Source of the DNA: an uncultured Clostridia bacterium
Lineage (GTDB): Bacteria; Acidobacteriota; Blastocatellia; UBA7656
Direction of reading: 5' to 3'
NCBI GenBank assembly: GCA_964548075.1
Contig: CAZJQQ010000008.1
Coordinates: 57,237 to 121,236, forward strand
DNA length: 64,000 nucleotides
The notes under the pieces were generated by a model, which worked only from the letters and a program-made list of their open reading frames with translations, made no database searches and was not told where the DNA came from. Shown piece by piece: positions 37,524 through 48,218 of the stretch. A program made the translations under genes and the position numbers. Within the stretch, counting starts at the first letter, position 1. Each line of letters opens with the position of its first letter.

Positions 37524-38774
37524 CTACCGCGGGTTCTCACCCGCAATGTAGTGGGTCATAACCAGATCAGTGTAGGCTTGATAGCGCCCCTCATCGAAGT
37601 CTTTCAGGAAGACGGTCAACTGCTGCAACAACGTCGTTGTCCGATGCCCCGGCAGTTGTGCCGGATGTGTAAAGCGCGTGTTGGGGACGGCACGGATGAA
37701 AAGGCTCTTATCAGTGATTGGCAGCTTGCGCACGTTCTCAGCGAAGCCGGTGAACACGCCGTTCTGGAACAGGTACTGCTCAACGTTTGACGTGTAGAAC
37801 GCGGTTACCGTGAAGCCCCCTTTTCGCAAATAATCTCCAATCGCCGCCAGCGCTTTCTTGCCCGCAAAATCGCCCACCACCGGGATGACGAGGTTCTTCC
37901 GGTGCAGGTCGCGCACGAACTCATAATCTTCTTTGGTTGCCAGGAAGTTGCCGAGCTTGCCGTGCTGGTCCGGCTGCAAGATGAGGTCTTTCAAGCTGGG
38001 GAACCAGCCGCCACGCGACCCCTCCATCCGGTAGGCTATGTCCAAGCCATCGTCGCGGAAGTTCTTGTACACGTAATCCAGGCTCGTTTGATCGGCGTCG
38101 GAAAGCTGGACCTGAAAGTCCTCCTTGATTGCCTTGCGAATCGCAGCCAGATTCGATGCGTATGCACGATCATCCGCCGGAGCCTGGCCGATCAGGCTGA
38201 GGATCTCATTCACCGAAGCGTCGGGCGCAGGAGCTTTGTCCTTGGGCAAAGGCTTGCTCAGCAGTAAAGAAAGATACTGCGCCCGGCTTGACGCGAGCTG
38301 GAAGATGGCTTTGAACATGAGGTGCTGAATGATAGCTTGCCGTCGGATGTCTATGATAAATGCGATGCGCGGGCGAACCTTTGCGAGGTAGGTGAAATTC
38401 TGCTCAGGCCCGACTCCAATGTAGGCCCCGCCGCTCGCGCCAAGCTCGCGCAGCTTGCCAACGACGTGCAAATAAGACGTTTCGTTCGAAGTGAAATTAT
38501 CAGATCGGAAATAACCGCCGTCTTCGGATAGATCGCGGACCAGCCTGGAGAACTCCGAGGCTGACAAGCCTTCACCGGGAAGTCCGCGCAGACGCCAGAC
38601 CGACTGCCGGGCTGACGCCGCGTTGGCAAACAAGGCCATTGCGAGAATTGTTGCAGCAACCAGAGCGCGCCAGCCTGACCGATTGCGGCTCACATCGAAT
38701 CCGGTAAGACCACGACGCTCCACAGCGGAAATCTTGCATTGCGGGTGAGGACCACGGGCCGGCGCCTTATTCAT
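37524..38774 (-). CDS. Hypothetical secreted protein. Start uncertain.
   Basis: 416-aa ORF with an internal signal-like segment ALVAATILAMALFANAASA. No recognisable catalytic motif. Confidence 0.4.
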   Translation of the reverse strand: MNKAPARGPHPQCKISAVERRGLTGFDVSRNRSGWRALVAATILAMALFANAASARQSVWRLRGLPGEGLSASEFSRLVRDLSEDGGYFRSDNFTSNETSYLHVVGKLRELGASGGAYIGVGPEQNFTYLAKVRPRIAFIIDIRRQAIIQHLMFKAIFQLASSRAQYLSLLLSKPLPKDKAPAPDASVNEILSLIGQAPADDRAYASNLAAIRKAIKEDFQVQLSDADQTSLDYVYKNFRDDGLDIAYRMEGSRGGWFPSLKDLILQPDQHGKLGNFLATKEDYEFVRDLHRKNLVIPVVGDFAGKKALAAIGDYLRKGGFTVTAFYTSNVEQYLFQNGVFTGFAENVRKLPITDKSLFIRAVPNTRFTHPAQLPGHRTTTLLQQLTVFLKDFDEGRYQAYTDLVMTHYIAGENPR

Positions 38775-38866
38775 TCTTGTTTCTCCATGTCCCTTTTAAA
38801 GGAGTGCTCATTGCGACTTTTGATCTGCAGGCCCAACTCCGAACAGCGTTGGCCACCGGGAGTAGA

Positions 38867-40762
38867 TCAATGGTTCAGGGCAGACTCGATCTCGTCGCCG
38901 CTTGTCGATTGTTGGCGCGACGGCTTCTCGGTGAGCCCGCCGCCACACACGGCCAACTGCGCAATCACTGACGCTTCTTCGCCTGGAAGTTGCCGCGCCA
39001 GAGCCAGCGCACCCTCGAAGTCGGCCTTCGCGAGCGCCGCCAGCGTACTGTCAAAGCTCGCCGCATAAAGCTCATCAAGTGTGAACACTGGAGCAGCTTT
39101 CGCGCCTGTCCCCGACCCGGACATCTCGTCCTTCGATTCTTCCTCCTGTTTGACCAGGTCGTTGATAGCCTTGACTGCCGACTGGAGCACCTCGAAGCTG
39201 CGCACCGTATCGAAGGCAGAGAAGCTGCTGGCGATCATCACAAGCGAGCGTGCGCGCTCGAGTGTGGGCCGTGCCTTTAGGGAGCACGTCGCCGCCTCGT
39301 CGAGCAGGTCGGCCGCCCGCACATTGTCCTTCGAAGCTCGCGCCGCTCTGCTAAGCAACACAAGCAGTTCCACGCGCGCAGTCTCATCGGTAATCCGTCG
39401 GGTCAAACCCAGCGCGTCTTCGATTCGCTTCTCGTATGAATGCCGCCGCGCGATCTGAACCAGCACGCGGTCGCGCGTCGCAGCATCTGAGATCTTCAGC
39501 GCGGTCGTTTGCGCGTCTTTCACTTCCGCTTGTGCAAGCCACGCGAGCGCCGCTCTTGCATAAAGCGAATCGCGTTCGGTGGGGTCAATCGCCTCGATCG
39601 CCTCGCGGGCAATATCGGCCGGGGCGCTAACCTTCAATGCGCCCGCATCGAACGCCTCATCATATGAGCCAGCCTCGCTTTGATCGCTAACGAAGCGCTG
39701 CAACTGGTTGAGACGGTAAGGCAGATAGCGCCCAAACAAATCGGTGAGCTGCCGCCCAATGAAGTAGAGCGCCGCAGAATCGTCTCGCCTGGCGCCCCTT
39801 TGTGGCGCGGGCTCGCGTCGCGCAATCTGATCGAAAGCGAAGTTCAGAAACCGCAAGACGAGCGGCTTGCTCAAAGGCTGCCTCGATCCCGAGTTCACCA
39901 CCGAAACGACATACGAGCCCAGCGTGTGAACATCCGCGAGATCAACTTGCGAGGACTGCTCGAGCCGCGCCACTGCGTTCGAAAAGAGCAGGTCCGCTCG
40001 CTCTGCGTCCACCGTTCGCATCAGCGTAAGCAGCCGCGCTAGATTTGAAGATATACCCAATGCGACGCTCATCTGCGCGAACGCCATCGCCTGTTGCGGG
40101 TCTCGGTCGACTACTTGTAACGCGGCGCTCATCAGCAACTCGCAGCGCTCGGCATCTTCCCGGGGATTATTTGCGACGGGCCCAAGTGGAGCGCGCGACA
40201 AGCCACCCACAGTTAAGCTGCAATCGGGCGATGCGCCGTCACCGCAACCGCTTTTCGACCTCTCGATTGAATCAGCAAGGCCGCGCGCGAGTTCCTCGGC
40301 AAGCTCCGGGTCGCGAGCCGCAATCTGATTGAGCAGCTCGGTGCGGAGTTGCTGCTTCTCCACGGGAGACGACAGGCGGCCAGCCGGCGCTTTGGAAGCG
40401 TCGGCGCTTTCTGAATTAGCGCGGGACTTCGGTGACGCGCTGGGCGCGAGCGACTGGAAGGCACGTTGATAGATCGCACGGGCGCGGTCGGGTTCTTGCA
40501 CCCAGAGTAATTTCGCCGCTTGCGACTGCGCGCGCACTGCAAAGCCGAGGTTCTCGGACGCGCGCGCCTGATCGGCTAATTGCTCGAGGAGCGAAACTAT
40601 TCTCGTGTTCTGTTGGGCGATCGACTCGGACCGTTGTTGGGAGATCGATTCAGACTTTTGTGCGGTGGGCGTAGTGGGCTGCTGGCTCTGGCCACGGACA
40701 ACGCTACCTGCGAGGGCCAGGGCGATGGATACTGCGCAGCTTCTCACGACCATCCGCGCCAT
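38867..40762 (-). CDS. Secreted Ala-rich alpha-helical repeat protein, hypothetical
   Basis: 631 aa with the signal peptide MVVRSCAVSIALALAGSVVRG and low-complexity A/R/E-rich helical repeats. Confidence 0.45.
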   Translation of the reverse strand: MARMVVRSCAVSIALALAGSVVRGQSQQPTTPTAQKSESISQQRSESIAQQNTRIVSLLEQLADQARASENLGFAVRAQSQAAKLLWVQEPDRARAIYQRAFQSLAPSASPKSRANSESADASKAPAGRLSSPVEKQQLRTELLNQIAARDPELAEELARGLADSIERSKSGCGDGASPDCSLTVGGLSRAPLGPVANNPREDAERCELLMSAALQVVDRDPQQAMAFAQMSVALGISSNLARLLTLMRTVDAERADLLFSNAVARLEQSSQVDLADVHTLGSYVVSVVNSGSRQPLSKPLVLRFLNFAFDQIARREPAPQRGARRDDSAALYFIGRQLTDLFGRYLPYRLNQLQRFVSDQSEAGSYDEAFDAGALKVSAPADIAREAIEAIDPTERDSLYARAALAWLAQAEVKDAQTTALKISDAATRDRVLVQIARRHSYEKRIEDALGLTRRITDETARVELLVLLSRAARASKDNVRAADLLDEAATCSLKARPTLERARSLVMIASSFSAFDTVRSFEVLQSAVKAINDLVKQEEESKDEMSGSGTGAKAAPVFTLDELYAASFDSTLAALAKADFEGALALARQLPGEEASVIAQLAVCGGGLTEKPSRQQSTSGDEIESALNH

Positions 40763-40916
40763 GCAGCGAATTTAACACGGAGTGTGAAGCGGGTAAAAGC
40801 GAAAGTGGCAGGGTCGGACTATCGGGAATCAAGTTGGCGCGAGATTGATCGCAACCGGAACTGACGTCTGAGGTTCACGCTTCGATTGCTTGAGGCATTC
40901 TCCCGGGACTCAATGT

Positions 40917-41210
40917 CTAGTCGGAGAATAAGCTGTCAATATCTTGTGCACCGTGCAGGACGCGGGCAATCTTAACGCCGTCCTTGATGATGAAGTAGAA
41001 CACGACGTACTTCTTAACTGGAAAACTGCGCAGACCCTTCTTCAGTTCCTCGCGCCGTCTGCCTAATTCTGGAAAGCTAAGCAGTGTTTCGAACCGTGCT
41101 CTGATTTCGCGATGAAGCCGGTTTGCTGCGCGCGCGTCTTCGGACGCGATGTACTTCCAAATCTCGATGAGATCCGACTGAGCGGCGCGTGAGAGGATGA
41201 GACGCTTCAT
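40917..41210 (-). CDS. parE: ParE/RelE-family type II toxin
   Basis: 97 aa with a typical ParE profile (AQSDLIEIWKYI... and the C-terminal hydrophobic beta-strands), coupled to the upstream antitoxin. Confidence 0.7.
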   Translation of the reverse strand: MKRLILSRAAQSDLIEIWKYIASEDARAANRLHREIRARFETLLSFPELGRRREELKKGLRSFPVKKYVVFYFIIKDGVKIARVLHGAQDIDSLFSD

Positions 41211-41482
41211 TAACGCAGTGTCCGCTTTTTCGCTGCGCGTTTTGCGACTGCGGCTTCGACGTCTGCAAACAACTCCTCGACGGACGTGTACTCTACGTAA
41301 TCCCCGCGCTCGATGTCGTCAATTCCGAGTTGGATTTCCCGTCTCAGAGCCGCTAGCTTCTCTCTGCGCAGCCGCACCAGACGTAGGCCTTCGCGTACAA
41401 CTTCATTCGCAGACTTGTACTGCCCGCTCTTCATTTCATCATTCACCAGCTCTTCAAGCTCAGGAGTTAGAGAGACGTTCAT
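41210..41482 (-). CDS. parD: ParD-family (RHH) antitoxin
   Basis: Has MNVSLTPELEELV..., characteristic of CC2985/ParD-type antitoxins. Its stop overlaps the parE start. Start trimmed from the track ORF. Confidence 0.65.
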   Translation of the reverse strand: MNVSLTPELEELVNDEMKSGQYKSANEVVREGLRLVRLRREKLAALRREIQLGIDDIERGDYVEYTSVEELFADVEAAVAKRAAKKRTLR

Positions 41483-41610
41483 TCGCATAACCTCTGTCAA
41501 AATGTGAGTCGTCAATACGACTCACTATACTCGGAGCGGCAACGAATCTCAACGACTGCGGATCGCCCACACAGCACACCTTTGATCGCCATACCGTGAT
41601 ACATTATCCT

Positions 41611-41946
41611 TCAACTTGAAACCGGGGGAATCCGATGTCGAGCGTTGCGGCCACACATATTGAGATTGATGAGCGCGGTGTCGCATAGATCACTGACGCC
41701 AACACGAAAGTCATCGAAGTGATTCTCGACAGGGTCGCCTATGGATGGAGCCCTGAAGAGATTCACCTTCAGCATCCGGCTCTTTCTCTCGCGCAGATTC
41801 ACGCCGCCCTTACCTACTACTATGACCACCAGGCGGAGCTTGACGCTGAGATAATGCGAAAGCTCAAGGAAGTTGAAGCCTTGGCCGAGGCCGCGAAGGA
41901 TTCTCCGGGACGGCGACGCCTACGCGAACGGGTCCTGGGGCCGTGA
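41611..41946 (+). pseudogene. DUF433-domain gene interrupted by an in-frame TAG at 41662-41664 (MSSVAATHIEIDERGVA*ITDANTKVIEVILDRVAYGWSPEEI...)
   Basis: Both halves are in the same frame and together reproduce the DUF433 pattern (I.G..I.V..VL..LA.G.S.EEI....P.L....I.AAL.YY). The track lists only the downstream 75-aa part. Confidence 0.45.
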
Positions 41947-41960
41947 GTCCTGTATGTGCA

Positions 41961-43775
41961 TCACTCGCCGCCCGAATACAGGGATTCAATCAACTCGCCA
42001 TACTTTTCTTCGACCACACGCCGCTTCACTTTGAGTGTCGGCGTTAGCTCGCCGCCGTCGATGCTGAATTCTTCTGCAAGCAGCCCGATTCGTTTTACTT
42101 TCTCGTAGTCAGCGAGTTCGCGAGTCAGACGGTTCACGTCGGCCTTGATCATATCGACTACGCGGCGGTCGGCTATTAACTCTTGCTTGTCAGCGGTTGG
42201 GATGCCTTGCTCTTTGGCCCACGCGCGTAGGCGTTCGAAATCGGGCACTATCAGCGCCGAGACGTATTTTCGTTTGTCTCCAACGATGACAGCCTGTTCG
42301 ACGAACTCGCTTTGGTTGATCATACCTTCGATCATCTGAGGCGCGACGTATTTGCCGCCCGAAGTCTTGATCAGGTCTTTCTTGCGGTCAGTGATGAATA
42401 GAAAGCCATCGGGATCGAAGAGACCGATGTCACCGGTCTTGAACCAGCGCTCGCTTTCGACTGGTTCGTCTGTGAAGGAGGCCGCGGTCTCTTCGGGTTT
42501 GTTGAAGTAGCCTCGAAACACGTGAGGTCCGCGCGTGAGTATCTCGCCGTCTTCCGCGATCTTCGTTTCAAGGCCGGGCAGCGGACGTCCCACTGCTCCG
42601 ATTCGATTGTGCTCGAGCGTGTTGACCGCGATCACCGGTGACGTCTCGGTCAAACCGTATCCTTGGAGCACCGGAATCCCGGCGCCGGTGAACACAAGCG
42701 CGAGTTCAGACGGAAGCGCCGCGCCTCCCGACACCATACGTATTATTCTTCCCCCGACCGCTTCTCGGAGCTTCGCGAAGACGAGCTGATCGGCGATCTC
42801 ACGTTGAAGCTGCAACAACGGTGGCAGGGGCTCGTGGTTCGTCGTCAACTGCGCTGAGCGCCGTGCGACCTTCAGCGACCATTCGAAGATTCGCTTCTTC
42901 AATCGCCCGCCGTCGGCCGCGTTCTTCTGCATGCGAGCATAGATCTTCTCCAACAAGCGCGGCACAGTCGACATCAGCGTGGGGTGCACGTCCTGGATAT
43001 CCGCCGCCACGGTCTCGATGCCGGTCGCGTAGTTAATCTGCACTCCGCGGTGCATGCACAGGTAAAGGACCATGCGCTCGAATATGTGCGAGAGGGGAAG
43101 GAAGGAAAGCATCACGCCGCCAGGCTCTATTCGGAGAAACGTGCCGGAGGCCAGTGCGTTGTACGTGACGTTTGAGTGGGTGAGCATCACGCCCTTGGGC
43201 TCGCCCGTCGTGCCCGACGTGTAAATGACTGAGGCCATATCCGAAGGGAGCACGTCGGATGAGATCGCCTCGAACAACTCGGGCTGCTCGCCTGCGAGCC
43301 GCGCGCCTTCTTCTTCAACCGAGTTGAACGATATGAGGTTCTCTCCGTCGGCGATTGGTTGAAATGGGATTATTCGGAGGTCCGGGAATCTCTTAAGCGC
43401 GGCATCCACTCTCTTCATCTGGCGCGCGGTCGAAACGAATAGAAGCCTGGGTTGCGCCTCCCGGAGGATGTATTCGACTTGATGCGGCGGCTGCGTCGGA
43501 TAGATCGGCACGTTGACGGCGCCGTTGGACAAGACAGCGTAGTCGGTGATCGACCACAGCGGTCCGCTCTCAGCGAGTATCGCAATGCGGTCACCTTTCC
43601 GAATGCCGAGACGATAGAGTCCCAGCGCAACGTTGCGGACGCGCTCGAGTAATCGCTCGGCGGTCATGCCAACCCACGCCTTATCTTGTTTGAACCGCAA
43701 GGCCTCTCGATCGGGGCCCGCCGCGACTGCCTCCTTGAGCAATTCAACAAGCGTCTGTGGCTTGTGATCTTCCAT
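41961..43775 (-). CDS. Long-chain fatty-acid--CoA ligase (AMP-binding superfamily)
   Basis: Has the YTSGTTGEPKGVMLTH AMP-binding motif, GYGLTE, and the C-terminal GEL.PT.K.KRR. Confidence 0.85.
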   Translation of the reverse strand: MEDHKPQTLVELLKEAVAAGPDREALRFKQDKAWVGMTAERLLERVRNVALGLYRLGIRKGDRIAILAESGPLWSITDYAVLSNGAVNVPIYPTQPPHQVEYILREAQPRLLFVSTARQMKRVDAALKRFPDLRIIPFQPIADGENLISFNSVEEEGARLAGEQPELFEAISSDVLPSDMASVIYTSGTTGEPKGVMLTHSNVTYNALASGTFLRIEPGGVMLSFLPLSHIFERMVLYLCMHRGVQINYATGIETVAADIQDVHPTLMSTVPRLLEKIYARMQKNAADGGRLKKRIFEWSLKVARRSAQLTTNHEPLPPLLQLQREIADQLVFAKLREAVGGRIIRMVSGGAALPSELALVFTGAGIPVLQGYGLTETSPVIAVNTLEHNRIGAVGRPLPGLETKIAEDGEILTRGPHVFRGYFNKPEETAASFTDEPVESERWFKTGDIGLFDPDGFLFITDRKKDLIKTSGGKYVAPQMIEGMINQSEFVEQAVIVGDKRKYVSALIVPDFERLRAWAKEQGIPTADKQELIADRRVVDMIKADVNRLTRELADYEKVKRIGLLAEEFSIDGGELTPTLKVKRRVVEEKYGELIESLYSGGE

Positions 43776-44056
43776 CTCTTTGTCTTGTATCTGAGATTGA
43801 ACAGATGAAAAGCGCGCTCATTGTAATTCGGGCGGCTGGGAGATGTAAATCGAAATTGGCGCTCGCCGGTGAAGACGAGGCAACAGCCGCAGCAATCCAG
43901 CGACATCCGCGCGTTTTCTGCTGCGCATAAGTTCTAGCGGGCGCGCGCTAAGTGTCGTGAACCGCATCAAAACAGGCGTTCGATTGGACTGGAATACGTG
44001 TTGCACTGAACAGCGCGTAACGCTGGAAAGCAAAATCAAAGTAAGCGAGGACAGTC

Positions 44057-44539
44057 ATGCGAAAGATTATTCTGGGAGCGATATTCCTGATGGTGATTCA
44101 AGGAGCGGCCTTAGCGCAAGGTTCGACCGAGCGCAAGGCGTGGGGCTACTTGTTCGGCGGCGCCGGAGCCGCTACGGGTGGTTTTTCAAACGGCATTTTC
44201 AGTTTCGGAGGCGGAGGCGAGGGGTTGGTTCACAGGGGTTTTGGATTGGGCGCTGAAGTCGGATACGTTGCGCCGTTTGAACGCGGTGGCGACGGTATCG
44301 GAATCTTCTCCGCTGACGCTTCATACCACTTCAACCGGACATCTAAGCTGGTTCCGTTTGTGACCGGTGGTTACTCGGCGGCCTTTCGAAACGGCGCAAG
44401 TAATGGCGGAAACTTCGGCGGCGGTGTGCACTACTGGATGAAAGAACACGTGGGCTTGCGCTTCGAAGTCCGTGACCACGTCTTCTCGAGCGACAACCCG
44501 CACCTCTTTCAATTCCGAGTCGGGCTGTCGTTTCGCTAA
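44057..44539 (+). CDS. Small outer-membrane beta-barrel protein (OmpA-like TM / OmpW-like)
   Basis: Signal peptide, Gly-rich alternating hydrophobic pattern, C-terminal ...GLSFR with an aromatic-terminal motif. Confidence 0.6.
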   Translation: MRKIILGAIFLMVIQGAALAQGSTERKAWGYLFGGAGAATGGFSNGIFSFGGGGEGLVHRGFGLGAEVGYVAPFERGGDGIGIFSADASYHFNRTSKLVPFVTGGYSAAFRNGASNGGNFGGGVHYWMKEHVGLRFEVRDHVFSSDNPHLFQFRVGLSFR

Positions 44540-44542
44540 CGA

Positions 44543-45550
44543 CTAGTTCTTCCCCGGACCGAGCGCGGCATCTTCGAGTTCCTCTTCGATCGTCTCGGCG
44601 GGCGCGATGGCGATCATGCCGTGACGCACAAGGTAGATGCCCATGAAGATCACAACGGCGCCGGCGAGCTGTCCCAGCGTTGGCGACTCGCCGAGCGCGG
44701 GCCACGCGACAAGCAAGGCTACGATCGGCGTGATGTTTGAGTAGATCGCCGTGCGAGTCGAGCCAATCTTTCGGACCCCGTAGCTCCAGATGAGATACGC
44801 GAGCGCTATGGCAAACAGTCCGCTGTAGACGAGCCCCGCCCACGCGACCGGCCGAACCCTAGACCAGTCCTGTCTGAGCAGCGACGGCGCGCATATCAAC
44901 AACAGAAGGGGAGTACCGCTTGTCATCATGATGGTCGTTGCCTTCATCGAGCCGTACTTGTGCATGAGCTGCTTTGACCCGACAGTGTACAACGACCAGC
45001 ACACCGTCGAAGCCAGCAGTAGGCTGTCGCCCAAAACTGTTTCACCGAACGAAACCTCGCCGCGTCCGCTCACGACAATCATCACGATACCAGCGAAGGC
45101 CAGCAGCAATCCCGCCACGCCTCGTCCGGTGAAGTACTCGTGTTTGCGAATGCGCCCGAGTATCGCGGTAAACATCGGTGTCGTCGCCAGGATCAGCGCC
45201 GCGTTGCCGGCTCGCGTGTGCGCCATTCCCGTTATGAAAAGCGACTGGTAGCAAGTGTTCCCGAGCAGGCCCAGCAGGAACAGACGCCGTCCGTCACCCG
45301 GCGCAAGCTTGAAGCCGTCACGCCTCAGGAGAGCGACGATCAACATCACCATTGAGGCAAGCGTGAATCGAAGCGCATTGAAGCTGAGAGGCAGCAGGTC
45401 TTCGAGAGAATATTTGATAACGGTGAAGTTCGATCCCCAAATCACTGTCATCAGGAACAGAAGCAAGTCCGTTGAGCTGATGCCTGAAGAGGACGAATGG
45501 GCATCGTCTTCAGGCGGTCGATCAGTCTTACGCTCGGAAGCTTCTGGCAT
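44543..45550 (-). CDS. EamA/DMT-family transporter
   Basis: 10 TM helices in two EamA-like halves. 335 aa. Confidence 0.7.
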   Translation of the reverse strand: MPEASERKTDRPPEDDAHSSSSGISSTDLLLFLMTVIWGSNFTVIKYSLEDLLPLSFNALRFTLASMVMLIVALLRRDGFKLAPGDGRRLFLLGLLGNTCYQSLFITGMAHTRAGNAALILATTPMFTAILGRIRKHEYFTGRGVAGLLLAFAGIVMIVVSGRGEVSFGETVLGDSLLLASTVCWSLYTVGSKQLMHKYGSMKATTIMMTSGTPLLLLICAPSLLRQDWSRVRPVAWAGLVYSGLFAIALAYLIWSYGVRKIGSTRTAIYSNITPIVALLVAWPALGESPTLGQLAGAVVIFMGIYLVRHGMIAIAPAETIEEELEDAALGPGKN

Positions 45551-45736
45551 TCGTCACCTGGTAGCGCAGGTCATCCTGCGTGCCTCTTCTGGCAGAGCTT
45601 CACAGGGCCTGCGCTCCCTGTGACCTGACTGGCTACGCCTGTCGAAATTAACAAGGGCCAGAAGACACGTCAAACCGTTGACTTGGATACGGTCTTCTAA
45701 GGTGAGAATCGTGACTGTGAGTCGGTTTGGCGTGAT

Positions 45737-47908
45737 CTAAGGCCGTTTTCGGTAGGGTCCAGGCATGCGATGCGGTGCTTCATCCAGTTTTCTCTGGAGC
45801 CGGAGAGTGACGAAGGTCTTCGCTGCTGCGACGACGGCTGTCTGAGAATTGAGCAGTCCGCCTGCAGGCCCCAACACGGCAACGCGCACGGAATGGCCAG
45901 ACGGCAGACCGCATTGCTGCCAGTGCCCCTTCGGACCCGTGCGTCCACCGAAGCGGCCCCCGTCGGACTCATCCATCAACCCGACTCTCACATTCATCGC
46001 CGGCTCGCCATCGACGTCTAAAACGGTGACCAGCACGCACCCGTCGCGCCCGGCGGCTGCGGGTGGGGGCACTGTGTCGGCCGCTGGTGGCGGAGCTGGC
46101 ACTGCAGGCTGTGGCGCTGTAACAGAAGTGATGGGCTGTTGCGGTGATGTGTTTTTCGTATCAGCCTTGTCTTTTGCCTCAGCGGCTTTCCTCTGAGCCT
46201 CTAGCGCGGCGGCGTCCTGCTCAGCCTGTCGCCGCGCGTCAGCAGCTTTTTTCTTGTCTTCGCTAGCCTGTTGGGCGTCTGTTTGAGTGCCGGGCGAAGA
46301 GTCGGGTGGAGGCGACGGAGTGGTTCCGGCTGCAGCCGCATTCGAGGCGGATTCAACTTGAGTGCGATCAGGGCCTCGCAAGACGAAAAAGGCTGCCGCG
46401 GCGAGCGCCAATAACATGATCACCACTGCGGCGGCGGCCATTTGTTTTCCCCTTCGAGACTGCTCAGGCCGACTGGCTGGCAGTGCGCCGCCAGTGACCG
46501 TAGCTTGCGTCAGCGGGAGGGCCATGGTCTTGAGCGCACCGGTGTCTTGATTGGTCACGGACACCACGCGCGTTGCAGTCGCGCCGGATGGGGCTGTTGC
46601 TCGAATCTCGTGTGCACCCGGCTTGAGGCTCACGGTGGCGCGGCCATCTTCACCGGCGTGTGCGACCGCCTCGGCCCCAACGAACAGAGTGCTGCCGGCA
46701 GGAAGGCTTTCAACTACAAGCACCGCTGTTTTGATCTCGTCCGCGCCTTGGAGTTTTATGGTGTCGAGTCCGCCCGCTGCTGTGTTCTCGGCTGGCGGCA
46801 TAGCTACGGTCGCACGAGCAGGAATGGCAACTTGCAGGTCCGTCTGCAGTCCCTCTTCGAGCGCGACGTTGATTCTGTATTCGTTGAAGCCCTCCTTCAA
46901 AACGCGCACGCTGTGCAATCCTGCTGTCAGTCCGTCAACGAGCAGCTTTCCTCTGACCGCGTCCGAAGTGCCTCGCAGCACATCATCGACATAAACCTCG
47001 GCGCCACCGGGCGTGGTGCTCAAGAGAAGCCGCGAACTGCTCAGGACCACAGTTGGAGCGTCTGCGCTCGTATCGCTAAGGTTCCTTAGGTCTTCAAGCA
47101 TCTTGTCCGCGGATTGGTAACGATCTTCCAAGGGCTTTGCGGTTGCCCGCAGCGCTATGCGCTCGATCTCTCCTGAAACGCCGAGCGGCGCCAGCGCCGG
47201 CAACGGTTCGCGTTGATGCAGTTCGCGCATCTCGACCCAATACATAGCAGGATCGCTGGCCTTCGATTCAAACGGCGCTTTCCCTGTGAGCATCTCGAAC
47301 AGGATTATCCCCGCCGCGTAAAGGTCCATGCGCGGGTCATCGCCGGCGGCCCCGGTCATACGCTCGGGCGCCATATAAGTAGGCGTGCCGAAGCCCTCAC
47401 CCGCGAGTGTCAGGCTCTCGCCTCCAACCATCCTCGCGATTCCGAAGTCGAGCACTTTGATCCTGAGCGAGCCGCCGGCTCCAACGAGGATTATGTTGTC
47501 AGGCTTCAAGTCGCGATGAATGATCCCGTTCCGATGCGCGTAACTAACCGCGTCCAGCACCTGCGTAAGTACGGTGACCGCGCGGTCCGGGCGCATCGGG
47601 CCTTTCTCGTGGATATCGTCGCTGAGCAGCTTGCCCGAGATGAACTCCATCACCAGATAGTAAGAGCCGTTGTCTTCACCGAACGTGTAGAGACGCGGCA
47701 GATTCGGATGGTCGAGCCGGGCCATCGCGACGGCCTCTTGAAAGAAGCGCTGCTTGATGACCTGGTTGCGGGTATGCTTCTTGTGAAGCTCTTTGATGGC
47801 AACGATGCGGCCTGGCGTGTTGACGTCTTCGGCCTTAAAAACGGAGCCGAACCCGCCGCTGCCTACATAGTCGGTGATCTGATAATTCCCAATGCGTCTG
47901 CTGCTCAT
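45737..47908 (-). CDS. Ser/Thr protein kinase with a TM segment, a Pro/Ala-rich linker and C-terminal beta-rich (PEGA/CarboxypepD_reg-like) repeats
   Basis: Has the Hanks motifs GSGGFGSVF, VAIK, HRDLKPDNI, DFG and APE. A hydrophobic helix lies near aa 480. Confidence 0.85.
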   Translation of the reverse strand: MSSRRIGNYQITDYVGSGGFGSVFKAEDVNTPGRIVAIKELHKKHTRNQVIKQRFFQEAVAMARLDHPNLPRLYTFGEDNGSYYLVMEFISGKLLSDDIHEKGPMRPDRAVTVLTQVLDAVSYAHRNGIIHRDLKPDNIILVGAGGSLRIKVLDFGIARMVGGESLTLAGEGFGTPTYMAPERMTGAAGDDPRMDLYAAGIILFEMLTGKAPFESKASDPAMYWVEMRELHQREPLPALAPLGVSGEIERIALRATAKPLEDRYQSADKMLEDLRNLSDTSADAPTVVLSSSRLLLSTTPGGAEVYVDDVLRGTSDAVRGKLLVDGLTAGLHSVRVLKEGFNEYRINVALEEGLQTDLQVAIPARATVAMPPAENTAAGGLDTIKLQGADEIKTAVLVVESLPAGSTLFVGAEAVAHAGEDGRATVSLKPGAHEIRATAPSGATATRVVSVTNQDTGALKTMALPLTQATVTGGALPASRPEQSRRGKQMAAAAVVIMLLALAAAAFFVLRGPDRTQVESASNAAAAGTTPSPPPDSSPGTQTDAQQASEDKKKAADARRQAEQDAAALEAQRKAAEAKDKADTKNTSPQQPITSVTAPQPAVPAPPPAADTVPPPAAAGRDGCVLVTVLDVDGEPAMNVRVGLMDESDGGRFGGRTGPKGHWQQCGLPSGHSVRVAVLGPAGGLLNSQTAVVAAAKTFVTLRLQRKLDEAPHRMPGPYRKRP

Positions 47909-48218
47909 AATTTCTCCGCATCGCGTGCGGTTTTGGTAAACAACGGCTTCCTGGCTGAGGGTGTTATTGCCGCGCTTGCAGCGGTATTCTCACATAAGCC
48001 CACACCTCAGTCAACACAGGCATCTTCAACCTTCTTAGACTACGCACGGACCATCAAAGGCCAGAAATCTTCTCGTGGAACGGGCGCACGGATCACTTCG
48101 GCCTTGTCAACCAGAGCCAACATGTGTAAAGGTTAAGAGCCCCAAAAGCCTGATCGTTGCAACGTGCTGAAGGCAGTCGGCAACGAGCCCCTCGGGCGGT
48201 CGATCTTAAGCAGGCGCA

